From Octopus vulgaris (lineage: Eukaryota): a stretch of 64,000 nt of DNA. Position numbers and translations under genes: made by a program. The notes below the pieces were generated by a model. That model ran no database searches. It worked only from the letters and a program-made list of their open reading frames with translations, and was not told the DNA's origin. Numbering within the stretch: position 1 is the first letter of the stretch; the number at the start of each line of letters is the position of its first letter. Shown piece by piece: positions 52,060 to 64,000 of this stretch. The stretch lies in NCBI GenBank assembly GCA_951406725.2, contig OX597823.1, forward strand, positions 61,442,001 through 61,506,000. The letters are read 5' to 3'.

Positions 52060-52412
52060 GAAATGAAGAAAATGCTGACAAAATAATTTAAGTAAGGGAG
52101 AGTGTATTTAATTAGGTGAAAGTTCTTTTTACCGGTTGCGCATTTGTTATGCTTATCAAAAGATATTTTTTAAGTGAGATAGAGTTCCTTTCTGATAGAT
52201 TTTTTTCTCTTATCAGACAAGAGAAAAAAATCTAGCAGAAAGGAACTCTATCTCACTTAAAAAAATATCTTTTGATAAGCATAACAAATGCGCAACCGTA
52301 AAAAGAACTTTCACCTAATTAAATACACTCTCCCTTACTTAAATTATTTTGTCAGCATTTTCTTCATTTCCTTTTTTTATATATCACAACTCGTGTTCCA
52401 CATCTCCTTTTT
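52056..52412. mobile_element. (TA)n-embedded fold-back element (~155-bp near-perfect arms, 7-nt loop, ~38-nt tail)
   Basis: 52056-52211 is the reverse complement of 52219-52374, with loop ATCAGAC. Confidence 0.9.
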
Positions 52413-52415
52413 AAA

Positions 52416-52458
<43 letters not shown>

Positions 52459-52463
52459 TATAT

Positions 52464-52676
52464 AGGCATAGGAATGGCTGTGTGGTAAGTAGTTTGCTTA
52501 CCAGCCACATGGTTCTGGGTTCAGTCCCACTGCGTGGCTCCTTGGGCAGATGTCTTCTACTATAGCCTTGGGCTAACCAAAGCATTGTGAGTGGAATTGG
52601 TAGATGGAAACTGAAAGAAGCCCATCGTATATATATGTGTCTGTCTGTGTTTGTCCCTACTCCACCATTGCTTGAA
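52464..52676 (+). mobile_element. SINE family A, 5' half
   Basis: GGAATGGCTGTGTGGTAAGTAG...GGTTCAGTCCCACTGCGTGGCTCCTTGGGCAG. Confidence 0.8.
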
Positions 52677-52744
52677 AATGTGTATATATATATATATATA
52701 CACACATATATATACATGCATATATATATATGCATGTATATATA

Positions 52745-52784
<40 letters not shown>

Positions 52785-53162
52785 TGTATATATATGTGTG
52801 TGTATATATATATATATATGTATACATATATATGTGTGTGTGTGTGTGTATCTTCTAGTGGTATAGTGGTTAAGGTTCTGTTCTCATGATCAGAAGATCT
52901 TTGACAGGATGGTATTTTGTGTTCCGTATTCTTCAGCAAAACTCTTTATCTCATGTTTTTCTGTGATCACTCCTACATTGGCTATGTGGCACACTGTGCA
53001 ACTGCACAAGCAACACCAATTTGGTGACAAGAATGAGCTAATACACAGTAGGAGGAGACAGAAATTACCCAATTGATCTCTACAGACAAATCATCTGATC
53101 AGGCTGCTAAGCAATTAATTTCAGAATCCTTGTCTATTTTCTACAACAGGAGCATCCACAAT

Positions 53163-53235
<73 letters not shown>

Positions 53236-53949
53236 TATACACATGCTCACACACACATACACATGCACATATTCATGGATAGTTCTCCACCAGTTTCGAT
53301 GATGAAGATAATGTTCTTTGATCAAATTAATTACTTGCTCATTTATTTACCATGGAGGTGGTCTTAATGTGCTTTTCTGACAGAATCAGCAATGTGCAAT
53401 ATGACATCAATGTACCTTTTGAATTACAGGTGTCAATCTATCCAATGTTCTTCATAGAAGTTATCCTCCACTCTGTTGAGAGCAGACATGCAAAAAATTT
53501 GAAAGTTTGAAAAATATATTGTCAGTTTAGTATACTGAAAGGAGGTGTGCTCCTGTCATACTTGAGAATGCAATTATCTTCTTTACAGCATCTTTTAGTT
53601 TTGCATGCACACACACACAAATGACCTCCATGTATACACACATGCACACACACATGCACGCACACACATACACTTGCCTACATACTAATGGGGTGATGAG
53701 AGAAAGCAAGGAAGTAGGAGAGAGGAGGAGACAGAAAGAATAAGAGAATGAGAAAAGAACAAAAACGAAAATTTGGAAATTACCCAAAATTTTGGAAGGG
53801 TCCAGGGAAATAGTTTTTAGGAAGAAGACCCAGATAAAAACATAGAAAGGGAAGTACATAAAAAATTACATAAAAAATATAAAAGTGGATGGTTAAACCT
53901 CTGGATGAAATGGGCCTCTGGGGGTGGATGCAGTGGGACGTCCAATATC

Positions 53950-55060
53950 TACATATGACTTTGCTTTTATGCATGCAGGCTGGTAGATCTCTATCTTCAC
54001 ATCTTCACATTAAGATGTAAAACTGTTTTCTGCAGGTTCTTTAGAATTATGCTTTTCTCTGCTATGAAGAGCTTGCATCTTTTGGTAGCATCCATGTATG
54101 ATTACACTGGATTTTTTGTTGAATATCCATATGACATCGAATGCTGTGCAACTTTGTTTTAACTACTAAGCATAGCTTTTGAATTTTTCTGTATTCCATT
54201 TTTCAATGTCTCTGAATAAGGTGATGTGGTTGTGAAATCCCCAGTTGAATGATTTTTTAGTAAGTTTAATATATTGTTTCAGGTTAACACTCTGGTGAGC
54301 ATTTGTAGATTTGATGTCTGTGAATATGCTATGGATTTTCTGCATGAATATTCAGTCTCAATTGCAGGAGAGAATTTATGTGATATAATTTGTTTCATGT
54401 TAAGGGTGCAGTTATATGTTATTGTAACTGTGTGTCTATTGAAACACTTTCTGTATTTACATCCTTGTGAAAAATACCTATTTATTGAATTTAAGGTCTT
54501 ACTCTCACAAGGGCTAACATTGAGTAAGGAGTGGAGGGCAAGTCATATGATCTCTTTTGATACCTTAATTAGGATCGTTGTCTTTGATATTTGACCAATC
54601 TATGAAATTTTTCCTCTGTCTTTGTTTAGATGTACCATGATTTCAAAGCTCAACCTGTTCCTCAAGACAACCAATTTCCCAAGACATGTCTTGTAGATTT
54701 TTTCATGAACCATGAATATTTTAGCATACTAAAGTATCTCTAGTTAAGTATCTCTAGTTAAGCACAAGGTTGGACATATATTTGTGTTATTGTCTAAGTT
54801 CCTTTCATGTTGAGGTATTGTTTTTACAATAAATCTTTGTTGTAGAGATATAGTTTTCCAATAAAATATCATACCACTGATAATAATAACTGGGTAGTGT
54901 TTCTTAAGAATGCCCAAGCTGTAAGAACAAATAGTAACTTTTTTTTACTTCTAATGTAACTATGAGAATAATAAAGCTTACACATTTCATGTTTACCTAT
55001 TTGATGTGAATTTCTAAATTTCATTGGTTTATCATTCACATGCATGTAGTTTGTCATAGA
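53950..55060 (-). mobile_element. Heavily decayed Penelope-like element (RT C-terminus to GIY-YIG region)
   Basis: Minus-strand fragments LNSINRYFSQGCKYRKCFNRHTVTITYNCTLNMKQIISH, CKLFIAEKSII and ACMHKSK resemble PLE motifs F..LIDKHFP..HK..KIFNRNTVKISYSCM.N, C.LC..EK and CRH. Confidence 0.65.
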
Positions 55061-55635
55061 AAAGCGGGTTTATAATTTTCGTTTGTCTATGATATATTAT
55101 CAATGTTAGTTCATGATCAGATGAAATAATTTATTCTAAAGCCAGTATGCATTTGATTAATACAATATTTGTTGCGTCGAAAACAAGAAGTAAAAAAAAA
55201 ACACAGTGTAAAAGTTAGAGTGGAAAAGAAAAACAGGAAAGACAATACTGTTATGAATACAAACAAAGGAATGATGTCTTCATGTTAGTCCAACTGCATG
55301 TAGCAAAAAAGATGAAGTAGCAAAGTGAAGCAATTAATCTACTTACAATAATTAAAGAGGCAGTTATATATAAATCATTTCCTAAGAAGAATTTTTTCAT
55401 GTTCTTGGAGCTTCTAAAGTCTTATGATGTCAAAAACATACAATTCTCGCTGGTAAGAAAAAAGTCTCTAATATGGATTGAGAAATTCAAATGATTGCTA
55501 TGGTACAATGGTAGAATACTTGTCATGTATACATGAGATGTCGGTTTCAATCCTAATGAGCAGCCTGCAAATTTTTCAATTCTAAAGGAGTTTTAGCCCA
55601 GTGTTGATGTGCTATTATTTGTAACTTTATTGAAG

Positions 55636-55846
55636 TGGCAAGCTGGCAGAATCGTTAGCATGCTGAGTGAAATGCGTCGTGGTATTTTGTCTGCCACTAC
55701 ATTCTGAGTTCAAATTCCACCAAGGTTGACTTTGCCTTTTATCCTTTCGGGGTTGATAAATTAAGTACCAGTTGCGTACTGGGTTTGATGTAATGGACTT
55801 AATCCTTCCCCCAAATTTTAGGCTTTGTGCTTCCAGCAGAAAGGAT
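55636..55846 (+). mobile_element. SINE family B
   Basis: Full head-to-tail match to family B. Confidence 0.85.
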
Positions 55847-56225
55847 TATTTGTAGCTTTATTAGAGTCATGATGTATTTATGTATGTTTGTGTATGTCTG
55901 CATGTGACTGAGTGTGTGTTTTTTCTGTCTTGGCATGCACACACTTATTGTAAAGAAAAGCCAGAGAATTCATGCAAATGGTGTTGTTTCCAGGCCTCTT
56001 TCACATCATGTCCAAGTCGTCCAATGTTTGATACACAGGAGGATTACTTCTTTACTTGGAAATGAGTGAAGATTGGTATCAGGAAGGGCATCTGGACATA
56101 AAACAAGTCTGCCTCAAATAATTATTGTCTGACCAATGCAAGCATAAAAAAATTAGACATTAAAACAGTGATAATGATATATAACATGTATATTATTCAA
56201 TATGCGTGTGCGTGGGGAAGTGACA

Positions 56226-56306
<81 letters not shown>

Positions 56307-56447
56307 ATGTGTACATACATAACATATGTATACATGCATATATAAATATATAGTAAAAATTTAGATTCAGATGAATATCGTACTTAAGTTGAGGCACCAG
56401 AATTTAGTATGGTATTATCCATACAGCTTCAAAATAAGGTGATTAAA

Positions 56448-56547
56448 ATCAAAATAAGCAACAAGGATATCCAGAGGTAATGCAGTACGATCATTTCATT
56501 ACGATCATACTGCATTACCTCTGGATATCATTGTTGCGTATTTTGAT
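56448..56547. repeat. Inverted repeat, ~45-bp arms, TA-flanked
   Basis: ATCAAAATAAGCAACAAGGATATCCAGAGGTAATGCAGTACGATC pairs with GATCATACTGCATTACCTCTGGATATCATTGTTGCGTATTTTGAT. Confidence 0.9.
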
Positions 56548-56679
56548 ATATACATATAGGAGAATATTGTAGTTCGCTTGAAGCATTGTGTATTGTTTGT
56601 AAAGAATAAAATATTTTGAATGACACAACAATGCACTATAATACAAACAATGGACTATAATTACTGTTGTACTTTAATC

Positions 56680-57435
56680 ATCCAGTGTTTCAATACGAAA
56701 AGTGTTCTTCCATCAGGATAATGCTTGGCTACATACAACAAGGATGGCATTCCAAAGGCTGGAGCAGTTTGAATGGGAAATAATGCCCCACCTGAAAATT
56801 ATTTTCAACCCCCACCTGAACATTCACTGAACATTACCCCCATCTGATTATCATTTATTCAGCAATCTTCAAAATCATTTAGACGGAAAATATATGAATT
56901 CTGTAATGAGGTCAGAACAGTACTGGAGGAGTATTTTTCGTCATGGACAAGTGAATTTTGGAGGAGGGGCCTTGCAAGTTTACCAGACAGATGGAAGAAC
57001 ATTGTAGAAAATGAAGAAGAATATATTTTAGATTAAAAAGGAACTTTGTTTATCATCATCATTTAATGCCCATTGTCCATGGTTGGATGGTTTGACTGAA
57101 CTGGCACGCTGGAAGGCAGTGTCAGGATCCAGTTTGATTTGGCATGGTTTTCTATGGCTGGATGCTCTTCCAAATGCCAACCACTTTAAGAGTATAATGG
57201 GTGCTTTTACATGCTACCGGCATGGGTGCCATTTGTGTGACACTGGTATCTGTCATGACTGTGATTTTGCTCACCTTGATGGGTCTTTTTGTCAAACGTA
57301 ACATAATGCCAAAGGTGTTGGTCATCGTCTCTGTGAGGCCCAACACTTGAAAGGAGCTTGGCCACTTTGCTTTGATCTTAATTTTGAAAAATAAAAGAAT
57401 TATAAAAACACCACATTATTTATGGGATGACCCAA

Positions 57436-57436
<1 letters not shown>
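56680..57436 (+). mobile_element. mariner (DD34D-type) transposon 3' remnant, interrupted by a SINE
   Basis: Translates VFFHQDNAWLH...WEIMPH...ITPSDYHLFSNLQNHL...GLASLPDRWKNIVENEEEYILD*. The terminus TTATTTATGGGATGACCCAAT ends at about 57436. Confidence 0.85.
57052..57370 (-). mobile_element. RTE-tailed SINE family E
   Basis: (ATC)n TTTAATGCCC...GCTGGATGCTCTTCCAAATGCCAACCAC. Confidence 0.7.
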
Positions 57437-57482
<46 letters not shown>

Positions 57483-57644
57483 TTGTCAAAATGAAATAAT
57501 GTAAGTTTATGTGTGACAAGGAAGTTTGAGGTTTGAATTTTCATGCAAGGCTCTTCTTTTAAGAGATATGAATATACTTACAGACAAATAGACACATATG
57601 CATGTGTGCTTGTGTGTGTGTCTGTGTGTGTGTGTATGTCATTA

Positions 57645-57873
57645 CAGTTATATCTTGCCTATCGCAGCTGTTACATTCCAAGATCCCCACAATAGGTGAA
57701 AATCTGTGAAGTAGAAACAGTACAGTGTATTTTTTAATTAATTTTATAATTTGTATATATTTATTTTATTACAAATTCAAAACAACACCATGGAGGAACC
57801 AATGAAAGCTTAAATAATAAACCATGATAGGTGAACCATGACAGATGAACGGTGATATGGTTAGGGATTGCTG
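57645..57873. mobile_element. pogo/Tigger-like MITE, degenerate
   Basis: TA|CAGTTATATCTTGCCTATCGC ... GTGATATGGTTAGGGATTGCTG are imperfect terminal inverted repeats. Confidence 0.5.
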
Positions 57874-57879
57874 TGTTTA

Positions 57880-58380
57880 ATTTCATTTCAAAATTTCTTG
57901 CTAATAGAGAAAGAGCTGGTTTCTAACCTAGATTCAAGGCTCCTTCATTGGAATTTCAACAACAGGGTACTTTTGTATATATGTATGTGTACCTGCAAAT
58001 TTGTCTGTTTTGTTTTATGAATGTCTTTTCATGTATATACTTGCATATCTAAACATGCTCATGTATACTCAAATGATAAACTTCTGGAAAGTTTTACAGA
58101 TTTTTACAGTTCCAATGATGGCTCGGATCTGTAGTCATCAAATCAGCTTTCTCTTTTCTGGTTTTGAGAAGCCTAATTTCTCAAGAGTGGTATTTAGGCA
58201 ATGTGTTACACATCCTAATAATTACACATCCCCAATAATTACATGTATAGACCTGAACTTGTAATCTGGATAGTGTAACTGCAGATTTCTCAATAGCTCA
58301 GCATAGGATTTCTCTTTTTTGCTGATCTTCAGCATTATGTTAACATCTGCTGGGCAGCTGATTTCCACAACTGTACTCAA
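57880..58380 (-). mobile_element. 3' end of an R4/Dong-like retrotransposon (family 2): RLE domain plus 3' UTR
   Basis: STVVEISCPADVNIMLKISKKEKSYAELLRNLQLHYPDYKFRSIHVIIG. A short 3'-UTR piece recurs at 58863-58902. Confidence 0.75.
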
Positions 58381-58393
58381 TTTCATGTATGTA

Positions 58394-58429
<36 letters not shown>

Positions 58430-59044
58430 AATATATGTATGTATGCATATATATGCATGTATTTATGTATGTATGTATAGTGTAAATCAGGTAAAAGCTT
58501 CATAATGTGCATTATAAGAGCACTTATATTGTTATTTTTGGCTACCACAGCAACTTAACGCTGCAGAAATAAATGTTGTGGTCTATATTAAAGCCTGATA
58601 TCATCCAACCTCATGTTATATTATTCTTACACACACACACACATCACATATTTCTCTTCATTTCTTAAAAGGACCTTGCTTGAAAATTCTGACCTCACCC
58701 ATCCACATCACACATGAATTTAACATTATCTTTTTTTGACAAATTTTAGCAAAGACTTTTTGCAGAGTCAGATCATCACCAGTTCACATCTTTCTTTCTT
58801 TTTTCACTACATTATGTATGCATGCATGTATACATACACAAGTATACATACATACATACATATTTACTTCAAAATTTCTTGCCAACAGAGAAAGAGCTGG
58901 CTATATGTATGTATGTATTTATATATATGTTTGTATGTAATAAATATATATATATACATACATATAAATATACATATAGACATATATATATGTATATACA
59001 CACATAAATATGTATATATATGTGTATATATATGTATGTGTGTG

Positions 59045-59080
<36 letters not shown>

Positions 59081-59237
59081 CCATACATATATATATATGC
59101 ACACATGCACACATGCACACATGTATATAGTTTTCATTTACTCTAAGCCATTAACTTATAATAGTTTATAACTCTTTTCGTCTCTTTCTCTTTCTCCCAC
59201 TCATATTCCTCCATCTTTGCAGGTATGTGTGTATATT

Positions 59238-59282
<45 letters not shown>

Positions 59283-59529
59283 ACACACACACACACATAT
59301 ATATATATGTATATATATGTATATGTATATATATCTATATATATATATACACATATATATATACATACATATATATGTATACATACACGGGGACACACAC
59401 ACACATATATACATACACACATAATTACATACATACATATACACAAACAAATATAAATACATGTATATATATATACCTATCAATATATATGTTCATGCAC
59501 ACGTATATTATATACAGATATGTATTCAA

Positions 59530-59771
59530 GTAATGATAATAATAATAAGGATAATAATAATACTACTACTACTAATAATAATAATAATAATAACAACAAC
59601 AACAACAACAATAGTAATAATAATGTTGTTGTTATTGTTCATGTTATTTTCTTTTTTGTAATAGGAATTGCTTCCAGACATCTTAACACAGACAGTGGTG
59701 CTATTTAGTGCTTGCTTCCTTGTTTGTTTGTTTTGTTTTCCTCTATTTTTTATTAGTTATTTATATATTCT

Positions 59772-59827
<56 letters not shown>

Positions 59828-60210
59828 CATTGTTGTTGTTGTTGTTATTATCATCATCATACTGCTTGTCTTTTTTCTTTCTTAGTTTCTGTCTTTGTTT
59901 TGGTTTTTTTTCTTTTCATCTTTGTTTTTAGTTTCTTTTTTTATATTTATTTATTTCACTTATCAAGCAGAGCAAATCAATTTTTATCTATATATATGTA
60001 TGTATGTATATGTATATATATATTTTTCAATGTATGAGTCATTTAAAAAAAAAAAATTGGAATTAAAAAAAAAATCATCTAAACAAACTGCATTGACCTA
60101 TAACTCAACAACAACAATAACAACAACAGCAACTATAGCATCAACAGCAACAGCTGCTACTGCTGCTGTTGTGGCTGCAACACAATGTTGCCTCCACCGC
60201 TGCTACCAAC

Positions 60211-60242
<32 letters not shown>

Positions 60243-60476
60243 CAGCAACAGCAATAACAGCATCGATGCCACCACCATAACCACTGCCATAACCAATGCA
60301 ACTCATGGTGCTTCTAGTGCAGCAAATGGTGCTAAGTTAGGTTGCTATGCAAGGGTAAATAAACAAATATTTAATTAAATAATTAAATAGACAAACAAAC
60401 AACAAATAATTAAACGGTAACAACAAAAACAACAACAATAATGATTATAATGATAATAATGATTACGATAATGATA

Positions 60477-60527
<51 letters not shown>

Positions 60528-60532
60528 TAAAT

Positions 60533-60598
<66 letters not shown>

Positions 60599-60820
60599 AG
60601 TAGTAATAATATTGATGATGTTGATTATGGTGATGACAACGATGATCACGATCATGATGAGGATGATGAGATGGTGATGATGATGGTGTTGATGACAACA
60701 ATGCCGATGGCGACGATGACGATGATGGCGATAATGATAATGACAACGACGACGATGACAACAACAATGATGATGATGATGTTGATGATGATTATGATAG
60801 CAGTAATTATGACAATAAAC
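59530..60820. repeat. Cluster of (AAT)/(ATT)/(CAA)/(GAT) trinucleotide repeats
   Basis: Visible directly. Confidence 0.9.
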
Positions 60821-61268
60821 TACAAACTAATTTTTTTGAAATTATTCCAGTCGTGAAACAAGAAGCTTATTTGCGACCCAATCTTTTTGGCAAGCATCGT
60901 TACAAATACGCATTAAATAAACAAATAAAAATATTAGCCTAGGTAATGTAACATTTGTCTGGCAGAGGAGGAGGAAGAGGAGGCGGCTGCAGTGGTGGTT
61001 TTGGTAAGAAAGCAGAAAGTGTGTGGGGGAGAGAGAGAGAGAGAGAGAGAAGTGTGAAAGGAGGAGTAGGTTAATAGGTGCAACTCTGCACTGAGATATT
61101 TGCATATGCCGTTTGCATTCATACAGAGAAAGACACATGCATCTTAAGCATACAGTGCATTGCAACTAATACATGCATGCAGGCATACACGCATGTACAC
61201 ACACATGCATATGGACAGATGAGCAATACATTCATATGCGTTATATATAAACATGCAAGCATAAAAAG

Positions 61269-61311
<43 letters not shown>

Positions 61312-61656
61312 TCACAGAGAAATGTACATATGTATAAATATACATATAACATTCATAAACATATATGTGTGTGTGTGTATATATATATATGTGTATATAT
61401 ATATATGTGTATATATATTGTTGTACTTCAGGATGGTCATATATTTATTATCATTGTTTTTTTGCCAAATAAACACACGCACTATATTTTTTTTCTTCAC
61501 TCGGTTATTACTGTTATTCTATTATTTTTATTATTTTGATGCCTGTCCATTGTCAGGAAATCTTTCATCACACATCTGTGACCTCTTCAGCAACACTTCG
61601 CTTTCGTGTGTACTCTTGTTACTCAACTCACTCCATATATATATATATATATATAT

Positions 61657-62005
61657 ATAAATTTTAGGGTATCTACGAGATACCACCATGCTGAAAATAG
61701 CAGCCAAGATCTGACTCTAAAACCACATTAAATGTTGATACAGCACAAGAAGAGAAGACAAAAAGACAAAATAAAACTAGTAAAAAGTTACTGTTTTTAT
61801 TTTGTCTTTTTGTCTTCTCTCCTTGTGCTTTATGAACATTTAATGGGGTTTTAGAGTCAGATCTTGGCTGCTATTTTCAGCATGGTGGTATCTCATAGAT
61901 ACCCTAAATTATGATTTTAATAATAATTATTACCTTTGAAAGTTTATATTTCCATGCTGGCCACTTAATAAGATCATTATTTAATTTAAATTAACGATCT
62001 TATCC

Positions 62006-62010
<5 letters not shown>
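61657..62010. mobile_element. (TA)n-embedded fold-back element (~125-bp arms plus tail)
   Basis: Arms about 61657-61783 and 61788-61912. Tail TTTCCATGCTGGCCACTTAATAAGATCATTATT..TTATCCTT. Confidence 0.85.
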
Positions 62011-62057
<47 letters not shown>

Positions 62058-62059
<2 letters not shown>

Positions 62060-62466
62060 GAGTGGCTGTGTGGTAAGAAGCTTGCTTCCCAACCACATGG
62101 TTCCAGGTTCAGTTCCACTGCAAAGCACCTTAGACAAGTGTCTTCTACTACAGCCTCAGGCCAACCAAAACCTCGTATGTGGATTTGGTTGACAGAAACT
62201 GAAAGAAGCCTGCCATGTATATATATGTATATATATGTATGTATATGTATATGTTTGTGTGTCTGTGTTTGTTCACCCCCACCGTCACTCAACAAACGAT
62301 GTTGGTGTGTTTACATTCCCATAACTTAGTGGTTCAGCAATAGGGACCAATGGAATAAGTACTGAGCTTACAAAGAATAAATCCTGGGGTTGATTTCTTT
62401 GACTAAAGGCAGTGCTCCACCATGGCCACAGTCAAATAACTGAAACAAGTAAAAGAATAAAAGAAT
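62058..62466 (+). mobile_element. SINE family A, full length
   Basis: Head, CORE-like block, microsatellite and CTGAAACAAGTAAAAGAATAAAAGAAT tail are all present. Confidence 0.85.
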
Positions 62467-62528
62467 GCATATATACATATATCTGATTTTTCCCTGTAAG
62501 TTTGGATTTATTCCCTAATATTTTATTA

Positions 62529-62595
<67 letters not shown>

Positions 62596-62844
62596 ATGTG
62601 TATGTATATACGTATATATGTATATTTATATATACCTACAAGAAACGCACATACACATACACACCCTGTTCAAGTAGCATAGACACCAACACACACTCTC
62701 ATATACACACAAAAAAGAAATACATTTAAACAAATATACAGCATAACACACACACACACAAATATAGCGTACTATACACATGTAAACAAAGCACCACGTT
62801 AAACAACTACGCAAAAACATACTCATAGACAAAGGCACATACAC

Positions 62845-63500
62845 ATGCATGTGCTCACACACACACAACACATACATACACATGCAGGCACTCCCCACCA
62901 CCACATACACATATACATACACACACATGTACGTACACAGGCATACATGTACACACAAGTACATATATTTATATGCGCACATATACACACGCATGTACAC
63001 ACAAGTAAACATACATACAAGCACACAAACGCACACATACACACACACACACACACTCATGTACATACATGCAAAATATAGACTACACCAAAACATATTA
63101 ATACACATGAACACAAATGCACAGAGATATATACACACACACACACACTTAGACATGCACATGCAGGCACTCCCCACCACCACATACACATATACATACA
63201 CACACATGTACGTACACACGCACACACATACACACATACATGTACACACAAGTAAACATACATACAAACACACAAACGCACACATACACACACACACACA
63301 CTCATGTACATACATGCAAAATATAGACTACATCAAAACATTAATACACATGAACACAAATGCACAGAGATATATACACACACACACACACTTAGACACA
63401 CACACACATACACACATACACACACACATACATACACACACATACACATACACGCACACACACTCATATACATACATGCAAAACATAGACTATAGATACA
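62845..63500. repeat. CA-rich higher-order tandem duplication (~245-280 bp unit)
   Basis: CATGCAGGCACTCCCCACCACCAC at 62881 and 63160. CTCATGTACATACATGCAAAATATAGACTACA at about 63056 and 63301, partial at about 63463. Confidence 0.85.
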
Positions 63501-63543
63501 CATAAATACAAATGCATATAGATACACACGTACACACACACAC

Positions 63544-63585
<42 letters not shown>

Positions 63586-63789
63586 TAAACCAGCTAGAGG
63601 ATAGTAAGTACATTCAGTAGTGTAAGACTAATTGATTTTTTTCAAGACTAAATGAACAAATTAGTAAGTTCTTCCTGCGTTTACACTGTTCCATTGTTAT
63701 TGTCTCTATGGTCTACCATAGTTTGTATTACCTTATCAAACTTAAACAAACTTGTGTGTGTGCATGTGCACATGTTTGTGTGTGTTTGT

Positions 63790-63935
63790 GTGTGGTGAGA
63801 AGCTTGCTTCCTAACCACATGACTCCGGATTCAGTCCCACTGCATGGCACCTGGAGCAAGTGTTTTGTACTATTGTCTTGGGACAACCAAAGTCTTGTGA
63901 GAGCGTTCGATAGACTGAAACTAGAAGCCCATCAT
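63790..63935 (+). mobile_element. SINE family A, 5' half
   Basis: GTGTGGTGAGAAGCTTGCTTCCTAACCACATG...GGCACCTGGAGCAAGTG. Confidence 0.75.
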
Positions 63936-64000
63936 ATATATATATATGTATGTATGTATATAACTATGTGTATGTTGTTGTGTCTATATTGTGGAAGTCC

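Noticed and set aside
57905-57960. Hammerhead-like CCAATGAAGGAGCC...GGTTAGAAACCAG on the minus strand in the R4 3' UTR
   Set aside because: The core and stems I and III match too poorly to support.

Overview
AT-rich, repeat-saturated eukaryotic (animal) DNA with no recognisable intact protein-coding gene. The microsatellite density and SINE repertoire look like a cephalopod (octopus-type) genome, which is an inference, and the window is probably intronic or intergenic. Nearly all supplied ORFs are translations of microsatellites or SINEs. Recognisable content: many copies of several tRNA-derived or RTE-tailed SINE families; decayed non-LTR retrotransposons (two R4/Dong-like RLE families, RTE, CR1-like); a Penelope-like remnant; Tc1/mariner remnants; piggyBac- and pogo-type MITEs; and long simple repeats. 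Most notable: (i) six fold-back elements in or beside (TA)n arrays, one carrying a degenerate minimal hammerhead-ribozyme motif in each arm; (ii) a tRNA-headed SINE with a hammerhead-like motif near its 3' end; (iii) a three-copy repeat with a variant hammerhead-like core; (iv) retroelements that appear to target (TAA)n and (ACAT)n; (v) a candidate 42-nt micro-exon. All assignments are by eye, and repeat boundaries are approximate.
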